Source of the DNA: a virus
Lineage: Duplodnaviria; Caudoviricetes
Length of the DNA stretch: 49,195 nucleotides
Reading direction: 5' to 3' (one strand)
Virus record (IMG/VR): IMGVR_UViG_3300038379_000063
Span: 1 to 49,195 of that record
Of this stretch, positions 1 to 9,528 are shown piece after piece (position 1 is the first letter of the stretch; each line of letters opens with the position of its first letter). A model generated the notes under the pieces. That model did not search any database and was not told where the DNA came from. It worked only from the letters and a program-made list of their open reading frames with translations. A program made the position numbers and the translations under genes.

Positions 1-16
1 TTTAGATCCTTCGATT

Positions 17-1165
17 TCACTTCTTCTTTTTCCTTTCAGAATAGATTTGCGGGATACCTACGATATGTCTGCAAATTCGTCCGTAGTCTTTATGAAGAAT
101 ATCACACTTCATATCACGACCGGAGCGATAACCCTGTCCGTTATGCCAGGCATCTCGGGGCGCTAAGGTTCGGAAGGTTTCAATAAGACATCCCGAAATC
201 TCTTTAGCGCTATCGTGGTGTACATGTCCTGTATACCAGAACTTGTAATCCGCTTCTCCCCAATCCTTCTGCCTATCGACTGCCATGATGCCCGGTAGAT
301 TATCGAGCTTCACAGTATCACCGTGCGTCACGCCTATCAAGTTTTTTTCGAATCGATACCAGTGAAATTTGTTCGGACTAGTGTCGATAGAAACTCGCGG
401 TTCATCTTCGTAGTATTGCTGCAAAGCTAAACCGAGCATAACGGAAGTATGTTCGTCGTGATTTCCGATCTCGTTAATCACGGTAACATGCTGGTGTTTT
501 TCTAAGGCGCGATCGATCGCTCGCCTCATGACCCGCAAACCAACACCTAGAACTTTCGCCCAGCGACTATCTACATCTAGTGCGTTACCAGAGCGATTAG
601 TACGATTAGTAGTATTATCGGTGTGGAAGAAATCTCCGAGATTAATAATGAGAGCTTTCTCCGCAGGTGCGGCTAAACCTACGAGTTTATCTACGGCATC
701 GTAAAGATCGGATTCTGCGACCTTCAGATCGAAGTTAACCCCGGTTTCTAGCGCCCAGGAAAACATTCCCAGGTGCGGATCGCCCATAGGATAGACCGCG
801 AGCAGGTCTTCTTTGGTGGTTTTCGGTCCTGCGGTTTTCGGGCGTTTAGGCCATTCATCCGCAAGCTCTCGAACCGCTTCTAGGAGTTTCTCGGTGCGGT
901 CTTCGGGCGATTGGAAGGTCTTTACCCATTGCCCCTTGATCCCGCCTTTTTCATCGGTAAGTGTGGAGATTCCTTTGACATGGAATCCCGGGGGAACGGC
1001 AGGGAAGGAACCTTGTTCGTTCGGTTCTACTTCTCGATACCGCCTATCACCTAGTTTTCTACAAGACTTGCACTGAGCTTTTAATCCCGGTCTACCGTGA
1101 TTACTAGTTTTATGAAAATTGGTTAAAGGTAGAGTCTGCTTACACTTCGTACATTCTTTACTCAT
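17..1165 (-). CDS. Calcineurin-like metallophosphoesterase with N-terminal Zn-ribbon
   Basis: Motifs GDPHLG, LGDFFH, GNHD, THGD and GHVHH. N-terminal CTKC...CKSC. Confidence 0.8.
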   Translation of the reverse strand: MSKECTKCKQTLPLTNFHKTSNHGRPGLKAQCKSCRKLGDRRYREVEPNEQGSFPAVPPGFHVKGISTLTDEKGGIKGQWVKTFQSPEDRTEKLLEAVRELADEWPKRPKTAGPKTTKEDLLAVYPMGDPHLGMFSWALETGVNFDLKVAESDLYDAVDKLVGLAAPAEKALIINLGDFFHTDNTTNRTNRSGNALDVDSRWAKVLGVGLRVMRRAIDRALEKHQHVTVINEIGNHDEHTSVMLGLALQQYYEDEPRVSIDTSPNKFHWYRFEKNLIGVTHGDTVKLDNLPGIMAVDRQKDWGEADYKFWYTGHVHHDSAKEISGCLIETFRTLAPRDAWHNGQGYRSGRDMKCDILHKDYGRICRHIVGIPQIYSERKKKK

Positions 1166-1171
1166 GTAACC

Positions 1172-1534
1172 TCAGAATTTATGGACCATATATCCGCCTA
1201 CTAAAACACCTGCTACGAAGATAGTTCCTAAGTAGATCCAGTGTTTTTTAGTGGCACCTTCTTTTAACTCTTTATTCTCAGCGGTTAGTCTAGTCTCATT
1301 ATCTTCTAGAGTTTTAAGACGAAGGTCAAGATACTTATACGTAGGTTCCGTTAAAATATAAGACGGAGGTAACCTAATGTCGGTTCCTCCGTCTGATATG
1401 AGTCTAAACGGTGTTTTAACGTGTTTAGGGGTTTCAAATTCAGGTGCGGAATCAGCAGCGGCAATCCCAGGAAAGGAGGGGAAAGCTAGGAAGGCCGCTA
1501 CTGAAACCGCGATTATATTGTTACGGTAGCTCAT
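1172..1534 (-). CDS. Exported coiled-coil membrane protein, possible spanin/lysis accessory
   Basis: Signal-peptide-like N-terminus, coiled coil, C-terminal TM helix. Follows a holin-like gene. Confidence 0.45.
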   Translation of the reverse strand: MSYRNNIIAVSVAAFLAFPSFPGIAAADSAPEFETPKHVKTPFRLISDGGTDIRLPPSYILTEPTYKYLDLRLKTLEDNETRLTAENKELKEGATKKHWIYLGTIFVAGVLVGGYMVHKF

Positions 1535-2243
1535 GCGGAGATCCTAACCCTTGAGAGGGCTTCTCCGCAACAGCTTTTTCTCCGGCTTTCTCAGCAGCAG
1601 CAACCTTAGGACTCTCGAAAATCCAGAGTATCAACCCGAAAGGTTTCTGGAATTTCGCAGGAAGTTTATTCACGAACATCTTAAGCAGCGGAATAATAAG
1701 ACGTTTAATCATGGTGTAACCGCCTGATGCCGTAGCTGCTACCCCGATAGCGGTAGTCATCACACTAAACGATAGTCCCGCACCTGCTAGAAGCGCCGTA
1801 GATACCGCGCCACCGAGCGAACCGAGAAAGGTAAGGAGAGTACCGCCAGTATCGGTTTTGAAGAACGGGAACTTCTTCGAACCGTATCTCCGCATGAAAG
1901 CGACTAGAAGGACTAACATTAAAGCGCCCGCTAGCGCGAACTGTCCTTTCATTACCGCATCGAAGACCGGTTTCGCGAAATCTACGATAGCGGTTTCATC
2001 GGTCGCGGCAAGAGCATAACCCATACCTAAAAATGAAGCAGAAAAGAAAGAAAGGAAGATAAGAATAGATTTCATAGTTACACCGAACCTCCGCACGTTA
2101 CTGTCCCGAACTTCACTACCGCCCCGCATAATGCCTGATATTTGACCGGCAGGAAGTGACAAAGTATTGCCAATGCCGCTCCGGTAATCGCTGCTTTTTG
2201 CGCGAGCCTCTTTTCTTTTTTGTTCATGTAGATTAAGCGCCAT
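1521..2243 (-). CDS. Multi-pass membrane protein, holin candidate (alternative start ATG 2075)
   Basis: About 4 hydrophobic helices, located directly after the tail fibre gene. GGAGGT lies upstream of ATG 2075. Confidence 0.5.
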   Translation of the reverse strand: MALNLHEQKRKEARAKSSDYRSGIGNTLSLPAGQISGIMRGGSEVRDSNVRRFGVTMKSILIFLSFFSASFLGMGYALAATDETAIVDFAKPVFDAVMKGQFALAGALMLVLLVAFMRRYGSKKFPFFKTDTGGTLLTFLGSLGGAVSTALLAGAGLSFSVMTTAIGVAATASGGYTMIKRLIIPLLKMFVNKLPAKFQKPFGLILWIFESPKVAAAEKAGEKAVAEKPSQGLGSPHELP

Positions 2244-3105
2244 AATCCATAGATAACTCTAAATAATATAAGGCTCTAGTGCTGTTTCCTGCTCCATCAG
2301 CAGTGACTTTAAAAAGTAGATTTCTGTCTTGTGTCACAGTGTTAGGTGTGCTAAGTGTAGCGGTTTGAGTTACGGCAGAACCTCCTGCCCCTGTAGCGGT
2401 AGCACTACCACCAGTAAGAGTTGCAAACCCGCCTAAAACACTGCTGTCCGCTTCTTGTAACTCTACCTGAACATTGTTAGAACTATTAACACCACTAGCA
2501 ATGAAGCGAAAACCGAGAATTCTCCAACCGAATTGCAGACCTTCGATCGGAACAAAATAAGTATCTCCGCTAACAACAGCAACGCTGGCTAGTTGTCCGT
2601 GCGGATCGTAAGTCCAGCTAGTACCAACACCATTACCGCCTGCTTTAACCGAGACAATGATGTTGAAAGTAGTTTCAAACGTAATAACTCCAGAAGAGCT
2701 AACTCTCCAGACACCTTTTTTCGCAGGGTTACCGCTGGGAAAAACAAGCGCGTAATCCGCAGCTAATGCAGCCGGAGCATCTAGAATTACCTTGTTAGTT
2801 CCGTTACCAGGATCTTCTAGTAGTCCAAGTGAAGTAACGTTAAAAGATCCACCGATGGTAAGGTTACCGTCTACATTTAGGTTTCCATCAATATCTACGT
2901 TATCTAGAAACTGATGATCTCCATCGAAAACGCCGTCACTAAGATATTGAGTCCAGAGATAATTAAGGTTCTGTAACCAGTTCATGTACTGGGCGGGTGG
3001 TTCTTCATCAGATACCCAACCAACGTTCTTTTTGCCGGAGGTAGGTTCTACGATATCTCCGCCAACATCAGCCCATCTAGGTAAACTTGTAGGTTTAGCG
3101 CTCAT
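2233..3105 (-). CDS. Tail fibre protein
   Basis: N-terminal W..GW...E.PPAQYMNWLQN baseplate-anchor motif, V.I.GNL.V.G beta repeats, position after baseplate genes. Confidence 0.75.
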   Translation of the reverse strand: MSAKPTSLPRWADVGGDIVEPTSGKKNVGWVSDEEPPAQYMNWLQNLNYLWTQYLSDGVFDGDHQFLDNVDIDGNLNVDGNLTIGGSFNVTSLGLLEDPGNGTNKVILDAPAALAADYALVFPSGNPAKKGVWRVSSSGVITFETTFNIIVSVKAGGNGVGTSWTYDPHGQLASVAVVSGDTYFVPIEGLQFGWRILGFRFIASGVNSSNNVQVELQEADSSVLGGFATLTGGSATATGAGGSAVTQTATLSTPNTVTQDRNLLFKVTADGAGNSTRALYYLELSMDYGA

Positions 3106-3106
3106 A

Positions 3107-3901
3107 CTATTCCTTTACGGTTGCTAGGTTACCGCCCCCTGCTGCTGAATCGTCTCCCCATCCATAATCTTCGCTTCTAGCTAATTGTACAGCAGAATTA
3201 TCCGCATGGTTTTGTGTCAAAGCGGTTACCCCGGTAAAGGTAGTAGCGGTTTTACCGGTGTACGCTTTAGTCTCAAAAGTAGCTAAACCTCTATCAATTT
3301 CGATACTTCCGCTCGATGGAAAATCCGCCGTGGAATCTACCGTCACGGTAGTATTACCGATGCTGTGTGCCCCGTTCAAAGGGGTAAAAATAGCGGTCTT
3401 AAACGGTTCGGCATTTGTCCAATATTCCAAAAGAATACGAACTCCGCCTGATTTAGTGTCTCGAAGAAACGAGATTAGAGTGTCGGATAGAGTATCTGTT
3501 AAAACATCATCGACATCCATTACAACAGCGGCGGTAGGTTGTTGTAAAACCTGAAAACTAATAGTACCGTCATTAAGGATTAGTCTAGTTACTTTATTCA
3601 GATCACGAACCGTTCCGTTAGAACGATTCGCAGCGATACGCGCACGCAAACGCGGGCGATAATCCGCATCCGATGCGCCTCCGCGCGCTTCTCCTACGAT
3701 AGCCCCGATGTTATCGAGTTGAGAACCGATAGCGGTATCGATAGCGCGTTCGGTAAGAAGCTGCCAAAGCGCATCTTCTAATGATTGCGATGGATTACTA
3801 AACGTATCAAGGAAGGTATTATATTTAACCTTATCCTTGAATTGTTCCTTCAGGCGCGCACGCGCCCGAGCAACATGGTTTGTAATCTGAGTAATCGCCA
3901 T
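3107..3901 (-). CDS. Baseplate wedge protein (DUF2612-like) with extra C-terminal beta domain
   Basis: IDTAIGSQLDNIGAIVG and D.DYR..LRARIAAN.S.GT motifs. Follows the baseplate J gene. Confidence 0.8.
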   Translation of the reverse strand: MAITQITNHVARARARLKEQFKDKVKYNTFLDTFSNPSQSLEDALWQLLTERAIDTAIGSQLDNIGAIVGEARGGASDADYRPRLRARIAANRSNGTVRDLNKVTRLILNDGTISFQVLQQPTAAVVMDVDDVLTDTLSDTLISFLRDTKSGGVRILLEYWTNAEPFKTAIFTPLNGAHSIGNTTVTVDSTADFPSSGSIEIDRGLATFETKAYTGKTATTFTGVTALTQNHADNSAVQLARSEDYGWGDDSAAGGGNLATVKE

Positions 3902-3902
3902 A

Positions 3903-5243
3903 CTACGGAGTTCCGTTTACCGAGGTTACGGTAATACGTGAAGTGTCATAAACCGCCAATTCTCTAATAGCGATAGGAATAGTAACGCTCATAGTAGGAC
4001 TAGGCGCGGTACCGATCTCCACCAGCGTTACATCCAGGACACCCGGAACTGTAAATGCTTGCGCGCTAATGCCGGATGCTACTGCATTCTTCCCGGTTTC
4101 CTGCAGATCGCCCCAAGCTACGATTGCCGCTTTAATTTGAGCATCTCCGTCCACCGGATAAACATCCGGGTCCTTCGTTACGAAGATATCAACATAGATA
4201 TCAATCTCCGTAGGACGGGTAAATTTCATCGTGTGATCTATGCCGTTGTCATCCGTAGAAGTTCCTGGGGTATTACCGAAAGTCGCGATACCTGCCGCGA
4301 CCGAGTTTAAAAGAGCATCCCAGATATCCTGATCATCTCCGCCACGAACCAATGCTTCCACAGCATGGGGCGGGATGGTATCGACCGTAACATCGGTATC
4401 GTTTTCAAATACCGTTACAGAGGTTACACCTTCTACATCCAGGATTGCCGCGCGAATGGCGTTAACGGTAGAGGTTCCCGGACCTTCTAGCTCTAGCTCG
4501 CGCTTAACCCGAAGTGCTTCATCGGTTTCCACGTCCGAACCTAGATCCGCATCGAGTAGATTGATAACCGATTGCCAACCGGAAACCGGGGTTTCGATCT
4601 CGGTGATACTACCTGATACCGCTACGGTAGGTCCGGTTTCTACTGCTTCCGCTTCCACATCTACCGCGCCCGTACCCTCGCCCATGTAGCGCCATGTAAC
4701 CGTACCATCTACGATTGCATCGTCTGTTGTACTAGGTCCACCGGATGCTGCGGAAGTACCCGCAACCGTTACGATATAAGTGCGGGATGCGTTTGTGCGT
4801 CTATCACCGATAACGTACGGGGTGCTTATTGTCCAGGCAGTAAGAGCGGTAATAGTCGCATTAGCGAGCGTTTTAAACTCGGATTCCGTAGTGATAACCG
4901 ATGCGCGACTATCAGCATTAACGACCGTAGTAGGAACGCCCGTTAGGGTTAGCGTCACTTCGGATGGGGTAGCAGCATCCCGGGTAGTACCGGTAAGAGC
5001 AGCAAGAGCATCTAGTGCCGAACCGGTAGCTTCGTCGGGATCCTGGGAAGTAAAAACCGCTTCCGCTAGTTCCCAAAGTTCCGCGTACTTTTCCGCCATG
5101 ATTCCGACAAACTGCCCTAATGCGGAACCGTCCGTAACATCGATAGACGGTCCGTAAGCGGTTTGAAGTGCGTCGTTAATTTCCTCTCGAATCACTTCAA
5201 GAGTCTTCGGCACGAAACCTGTACTAAGTAGTCCGTAAGGCAT
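3903..5243 (-). CDS. Baseplate J/gp47-like protein
   Basis: DP..ATG.ALD, G.D.ETDEALR and GT...I..AI..V.GV motifs. Confidence 0.9.
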   Translation of the reverse strand: MPYGLLSTGFVPKTLEVIREEINDALQTAYGPSIDVTDGSALGQFVGIMAEKYAELWELAEAVFTSQDPDEATGSALDALAALTGTTRDAATPSEVTLTLTGVPTTVVNADSRASVITTESEFKTLANATITALTAWTISTPYVIGDRRTNASRTYIVTVAGTSAASGGPSTTDDAIVDGTVTWRYMGEGTGAVDVEAEAVETGPTVAVSGSITEIETPVSGWQSVINLLDADLGSDVETDEALRVKRELELEGPGTSTVNAIRAAILDVEGVTSVTVFENDTDVTVDTIPPHAVEALVRGGDDQDIWDALLNSVAAGIATFGNTPGTSTDDNGIDHTMKFTRPTEIDIYVDIFVTKDPDVYPVDGDAQIKAAIVAWGDLQETGKNAVASGISAQAFTVPGVLDVTLVEIGTAPSPTMSVTIPIAIRELAVYDTSRITVTSVNGTP

Positions 5244-5732
5244 TTACGTCTCCAACACCAAAGTTTCTTCGATGATACCGAATGAGGTTTGAACTTCCCA
5301 TTCTACGGTAAGTTCGCGAGTTTGATTATTAAACTCTACTTCCAAAGACAATAAATCATCAACTCCTGGAGATGATAATATTGCATCGCGAAAAGCTGCT
5401 CGCGCTTTAATCTCGTTGTATTTATGTCCTAGCAAATCTTGGTAGTAAGGAACGCCATGATCCAGGTCTAGGAACCACTCCCCCCGGAAAGTCTGGATAC
5501 GGATTCTGATACCTTGTGCGACGGCATTAATCCCGATAGAAAAAACTAAATCTGATGTAAGAACTAAATCCCCGTTGTCATCGAGAAGAAAGTCGATCTT
5601 ATCTCCGCTTTCTTGACGAACCGTTGTGAATATAACCGATCCGGTAATTTCTTCTGCTGCTTCTTCTTCTTCAGAAGAAAGCGTCCCGCTTCCCCATCCG
5701 CTTCCGCCCCATATGCCTGTCCCCCAGCCCAT
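5244..5732 (-). CDS. Baseplate wedge/sheath initiator (gp25/gp46-like)
   Basis: Q.I.IRI.TF.GEWFLD...GVPY motif. N-terminal GW-rich extension. Confidence 0.8.
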   Translation of the reverse strand: MGWGTGIWGGSGWGSGTLSSEEEEAAEEITGSVIFTTVRQESGDKIDFLLDDNGDLVLTSDLVFSIGINAVAQGIRIRIQTFRGEWFLDLDHGVPYYQDLLGHKYNEIKARAAFRDAILSSPGVDDLLSLEVEFNNQTRELTVEWEVQTSFGIIEETLVLET

Positions 5733-7171
5733 TAGAACGGCGCCACAATACCGGATTGATATCTAACAAAATCCATAAAGAACACGTGAGATCCCGGTGT
5801 TTCTCCGTCCCCATAAAAATTAAATCCTATGGTATCTAAAGTATTACCGCTATAAGTGAAACTACTTAGATACAACCAAGATCCGGCACTATTCGCTACC
5901 CACCCATGAAAAACCGAACCTATTTTTTGTAAGCCAGCAAATTCGATAGGGTGTGGGTGGTTCGTGGAACCAATAGTATCGCCGATATTACTGTTTGTAC
6001 CGCCCGAATCTTTCTTGCCGAACAATCCGACATGCGACGTTCCACCGGAAGCTACGGTAAAAGGACTAATAGATACGTAGTGATTAATAAAAAGACCGGA
6101 ATCCTCAGATAAATACATTGTCACGCTGTTTTGCGTTGTAGCACCGACTGCAGTCCCGTCTTGCCATCCTGCAGCACATCTAAACCAGATGAAACAGTCG
6201 GTATCCAGAGTAATAGATCTATACATCTTACAGTCTGTAGCGTCCGCTGTCTGAAAAGCTAGATGGGACGATCTTCTGGTATTCCAAGAAACTCGTGGAT
6301 TAACACTAATGGTGGCATATGGATCTATCGCGGAACCGGAAAGGGAAGGGCTAAAACTCCAGTTACCACTAGTGTCTGCAGTAAACTCATCGTCAATAGC
6401 CCCAGGAGAAACAGGTTGACTCCACCATCCCCCCGATGATACTTGACTAGCTGATTGCCATGTAGCTGTGGTAGCAGATGTAGCTACAAGAACTTGTCCC
6501 GTCGATGGTGGCGCAGCACTACCTACGTTAACAGGACTACCGCTAGTTCCCAATGCTTCAACAGTTGGGTTAGGGTAAGTCCCCCCAAGATCTCCGCCTG
6601 CAGACCCGCCGGGAATATTAGAAGGTGTTTGCCAGTTAGCGGCAGTAGCTGATGTAGCTGTAAGAACTTGTCCTGTCGATGGTGGTGCTGCTGTACCTAC
6701 AGTTACATCGGTCCCGGTCGTACCTAACGCTTCTGTCGCACCCCCTCCACCCAAAGCCGAATCAACGGCGCGCATGAAATCATCTTGTGCTTCGTGCCAC
6801 CCTTTTGTATTCCCGTTGCCATCGTATTGTGTTTCTTCATTAAAAGCAGGAATACGAGAACCTGTATTAGCAAGAGGTACTGCTAGAATCTCATTTGATT
6901 CGCCTGTGGCACTACCTGAAACCGTACATTTAATCCAATAAGATCCTTCGGTGTCTGGTGTGAAACTAGGGGTAGAAGTATTAGCGTTTGATAAAACTGC
7001 CGCAGAACCTATTGGTTTATCTATAAATATCCAAACATAAGACGCGCCCGCGTTCGAAGGATGGGTATCGGAAAGATTTACAACCACGCCAGTAAGCAGA
7101 TCGTTACGACCTTGACCTGCCGTGCCGGTTCCCGGTCCTACTTGTGTGCTTTGTATAATAGGGTTAGCCAT
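5732..7171 (-). CDS. Accessory tail fibre/receptor-binding protein with PKD-like N-terminus
   Basis: Y.W...KP.GS.A.LS...TPSFTPD.EG.Y PKD-like motif, two internal 35-aa repeats, C-terminal beta-sandwich-like region. Confidence 0.6.
   Translation of the reverse strand: MANPIIQSTQVGPGTGTAGQGRNDLLTGVVVNLSDTHPSNAGASYVWIFIDKPIGSAAVLSNANTSTPSFTPDTEGSYWIKCTVSGSATGESNEILAVPLANTGSRIPAFNEETQYDGNGNTKGWHEAQDDFMRAVDSALGGGGATEALGTTGTDVTVGTAAPPSTGQVLTATSATAANWQTPSNIPGGSAGGDLGGTYPNPTVEALGTSGSPVNVGSAAPPSTGQVLVATSATTATWQSASQVSSGGWWSQPVSPGAIDDEFTADTSGNWSFSPSLSGSAIDPYATISVNPRVSWNTRRSSHLAFQTADATDCKMYRSITLDTDCFIWFRCAAGWQDGTAVGATTQNSVTMYLSEDSGLFINHYVSISPFTVASGGTSHVGLFGKKDSGGTNSNIGDTIGSTNHPHPIEFAGLQKIGSVFHGWVANSAGSWLYLSSFTYSGNTLDTIGFNFYGDGETPGSHVFFMDFVRYQSGIVAPF
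6455..6733 (-). repeat. Two 105-nt imperfect direct repeats (6455-6559 and 6629-6733) in the fibre gene
   Basis: Each encodes EALGT.G..V.VG.AAPPSTGQVL.ATSAT.A.WQ. Confidence 0.9.
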
Positions 7172-7786
7172 TTACGAACCTTTCAGGACCGAAGTACCGA
7201 CCATAGTACCTGCAGGTACAGATGCAGTTAGGGTATGCCCAAATCCGCCTGCAGATAATCCTATATGAGCATTAAACCTTGTACGTAATTCATCTACATC
7301 CGATTTCAGAGCCAACGACTCCGTACCCCCAGCATGTATCAACGGAGCTTGAATAACCATCGCAGTACTATGCACACCTTCCACCGGATCCGAAAAGGGT
7401 CGTAGCCCCGGGATAAATATTGCATCGCTAAGCGTGTGGTGCCTATCATCGTTAGGATCTACTTCTCCACCCCTGCTAAGCCATTTATCGATAGAAGCTT
7501 CCGAAAACACGATTAGTCCGGTGCTACCGATAGCTACTGGCCATGTAATACTAATCGCACCCGAACCCGGGAAGAGTACCGGAACTTCCGTGATTACCGG
7601 AAGACTTTCCGTATCGCGTTCCCCTTCTTCGTTCGTAAAACCTCTGCGGATAAGCGGTTTTACGGAAACCTTCTGGGTATCAGCATCCCAGGATTCCACA
7701 CTACCCGGAATCGAAACGTGGATATCCTTAGCGCCCGCATCGATAGCTGCCCTAAGTGTTTCCGCGAATGTAGGCGATAAACTCAT
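7172..7786 (-). CDS. Baseplate central spike (Gp138/gpV-like)
   Basis: IPG.V.SWD...Q.V.V.P, VPV.FP, G..GLIVF and R.H.LSDA.FIPG motifs. C-terminal histidines. Confidence 0.88.
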   Translation of the reverse strand: MSLSPTFAETLRAAIDAGAKDIHVSIPGSVESWDADTQKVSVKPLIRRGFTNEEGERDTESLPVITEVPVLFPGSGAISITWPVAIGSTGLIVFSEASIDKWLSRGGEVDPNDDRHHTLSDAIFIPGLRPFSDPVEGVHSTAMVIQAPLIHAGGTESLALKSDVDELRTRFNAHIGLSAGGFGHTLTASVPAGTMVGTSVLKGS

Positions 7787-8628
7787 CTCGGTCTAGCTTC
7801 TATTTCCGATGTCCAATCTTGCCCGTGCGTATCGCCGGTATGAGTGACTTTCTCAACTTTAAAAGTACCGTTAATCTGTTGAGATTGTACGCGAATTAAC
7901 CCTCCGGGCGTTACTCCTGGATATAATAGCATACGGACTGTTAATGACGGGGTTTTGCCGTTTTGTTCCGGGGTGCCGAATTCTGGCGAACCTATCATTC
8001 CGGTATCTTGCGACACGATAACTTCCTGCTCATTATCCTCATTAGATCGAAGAAGCTGCAACCGTCCATCCTGGATAGACCACTTCAAACCCAGCGGATC
8101 TAGGACGCGGGTTAGTTCCCTGTTAGCAGGACCGGATAGGGTTAGACCGGATACGAATTCTGAATCACCGATAATCGTATCGATGTTCTGAGCGAGCGGT
8201 AAACCCATTTCTCGGGCGATTTCTTTAATCGCTTGGGAACGCTTTAGACCGCCGTTGTAGCTTCTGTTAACACGAGCAAAACGGTATGCTCGTTCCCCGT
8301 CCCCTAGATGAAGCTCGGTATTCCATTCAGTCTCTTCTCGGATATGTCGTACATATCGTACATCGCCTTGGAATAACCGTTGCAAATTACCGTCATAACC
8401 CGCTTCTAACCGAACATGGAGAGGTTTTTTCTGTAGTTCCGCGCGAGTCGTTTGCGCAAGATTCGAGACAGTGACAATACAATTGTTTGGATCTTTTTCG
8501 AGAGTCTTCGTAATTGAAAAAGAAACCCGCATGTCATTAATCTCGATCGCATTACCTCCGTGAGTAAAGAAACCGGTAGGTTTGTATACCAGGAGTCTAG
8601 AAATACGATTGTAAAGACGAGCGGTCAT
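7783..8628 (-). CDS. Baseplate hub protein
   Basis: F.I.KT...PN...V.V.NL, LEAGY, WSIQDG.L and TGMIGSP motifs. Confidence 0.85.
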   Translation of the reverse strand: MTARLYNRISRLLVYKPTGFFTHGGNAIEINDMRVSFSITKTLEKDPNNCIVTVSNLAQTTRAELQKKPLHVRLEAGYDGNLQRLFQGDVRYVRHIREETEWNTELHLGDGERAYRFARVNRSYNGGLKRSQAIKEIAREMGLPLAQNIDTIIGDSEFVSGLTLSGPANRELTRVLDPLGLKWSIQDGRLQLLRSNEDNEQEVIVSQDTGMIGSPEFGTPEQNGKTPSLTVRMLLYPGVTPGGLIRVQSQQINGTFKVEKVTHTGDTHGQDWTSEIEARPR

Positions 8629-8960
8629 GAGAGCGTATTAAGTTCTTCTTCGGTGTAGTGATAGACTACAATCCTATCACCGAGATCTTCAAAGGTAGCA
8701 TCGATGCCTGCGTTTGAAAGATCGGAAACCACGAATGCGCCCGCAGGAAAGTTCGGATCGGTACTAGTGCGACCTAGAACGGAACCTAGAACCAAAGCGA
8801 TACCGTGTTGAATTGGAGTCTCATCTTCGGTGTAGATATCCATGTACCATTTCTCTTCACGCCCGTTCCAGCGAATATCGAGAAGATATTGCGTATCTTC
8901 GATAGTCACGCCGATTCGGTAGTTTGCGATGGACGGTTCTAGTGGTATCTGAGTAGGCAT
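8625..8960 (-). CDS. Baseplate plug-like protein
   Basis: IRWN.R...WYMDI motif and synteny. Confidence 0.75.
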   Translation of the reverse strand: MPTQIPLEPSIANYRIGVTIEDTQYLLDIRWNGREEKWYMDIYTEDETPIQHGIALVLGSVLGRTSTDPNFPAGAFVVSDLSNAGIDATFEDLGDRIVVYHYTEEELNTLS

Positions 8961-8961
8961 A

Positions 8962-9525
8962 TTAACCCGTAAAGAAAGATCCTAAGTTCCTGACCGCCCG
9001 AAGTGTAGGAGTAAAGGTTTGAATCGCGGCATCCTTTAATGCTTTGGCGCCTAGATTCCGTTTGTTCTGTCCTCTAGGTTGGGCGGTCTTAATCGTGGTG
9101 CGATTGTTAGTAACTAGTTCGATCTGGATGAACGAAGCGTTAAACCTAAGAGCATCTCCCACGGTATTAGAACGCGGGATAGAGAAACTCTGAAGAACCA
9201 TATTCTCGTATTTACGGAGTGAGGTTTCGATCGTGATAGGTTCCCTAGCATCCCGCATCTGCAAAAGTTTCTTCAGGATATCATCGCTAGGAAGCGTGGT
9301 ACCGCTGCGGATATCCCGCATAATACCGATAGGAGTATCGGTTACGATACATTCCATGCTTACCGTTACCGGGCGCGCACGTACGTGATCAGTAATATCC
9401 GCGCCTTTTTCGATAGGATAAGAGGTTACTTCAGACTCATAGTTATGATCTTCGGTAACCGTAGCATCCACAGTAAAACCGTTTAGAATGGTTTTCTTAA
9501 TCTCTGGTTTTTTACCGATTGCCAT
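8962..9525 (-). CDS. Tail tube initiator / Dit-like protein
   Basis: E.H.....VT.YPIE.GA.ITDH motif. Follows tape measure. Confidence 0.8.
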   Translation of the reverse strand: MAIGKKPEIKKTILNGFTVDATVTEDHNYESEVTSYPIEKGADITDHVRARPVTVSMECIVTDTPIGIMRDIRSGTTLPSDDILKKLLQMRDAREPITIETSLRKYENMVLQSFSIPRSNTVGDALRFNASFIQIELVTNNRTTIKTAQPRGQNKRNLGAKALKDAAIQTFTPTLRAVRNLGSFFTG

Positions 9526-9528
9526 AAC

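Noticed and set aside
5732-7171. Diversity-generating retroelement acting on the fibre repeats
   Set aside because: No reverse transcriptase. The repeats are in-frame shaft duplications without adenine-specific differences.
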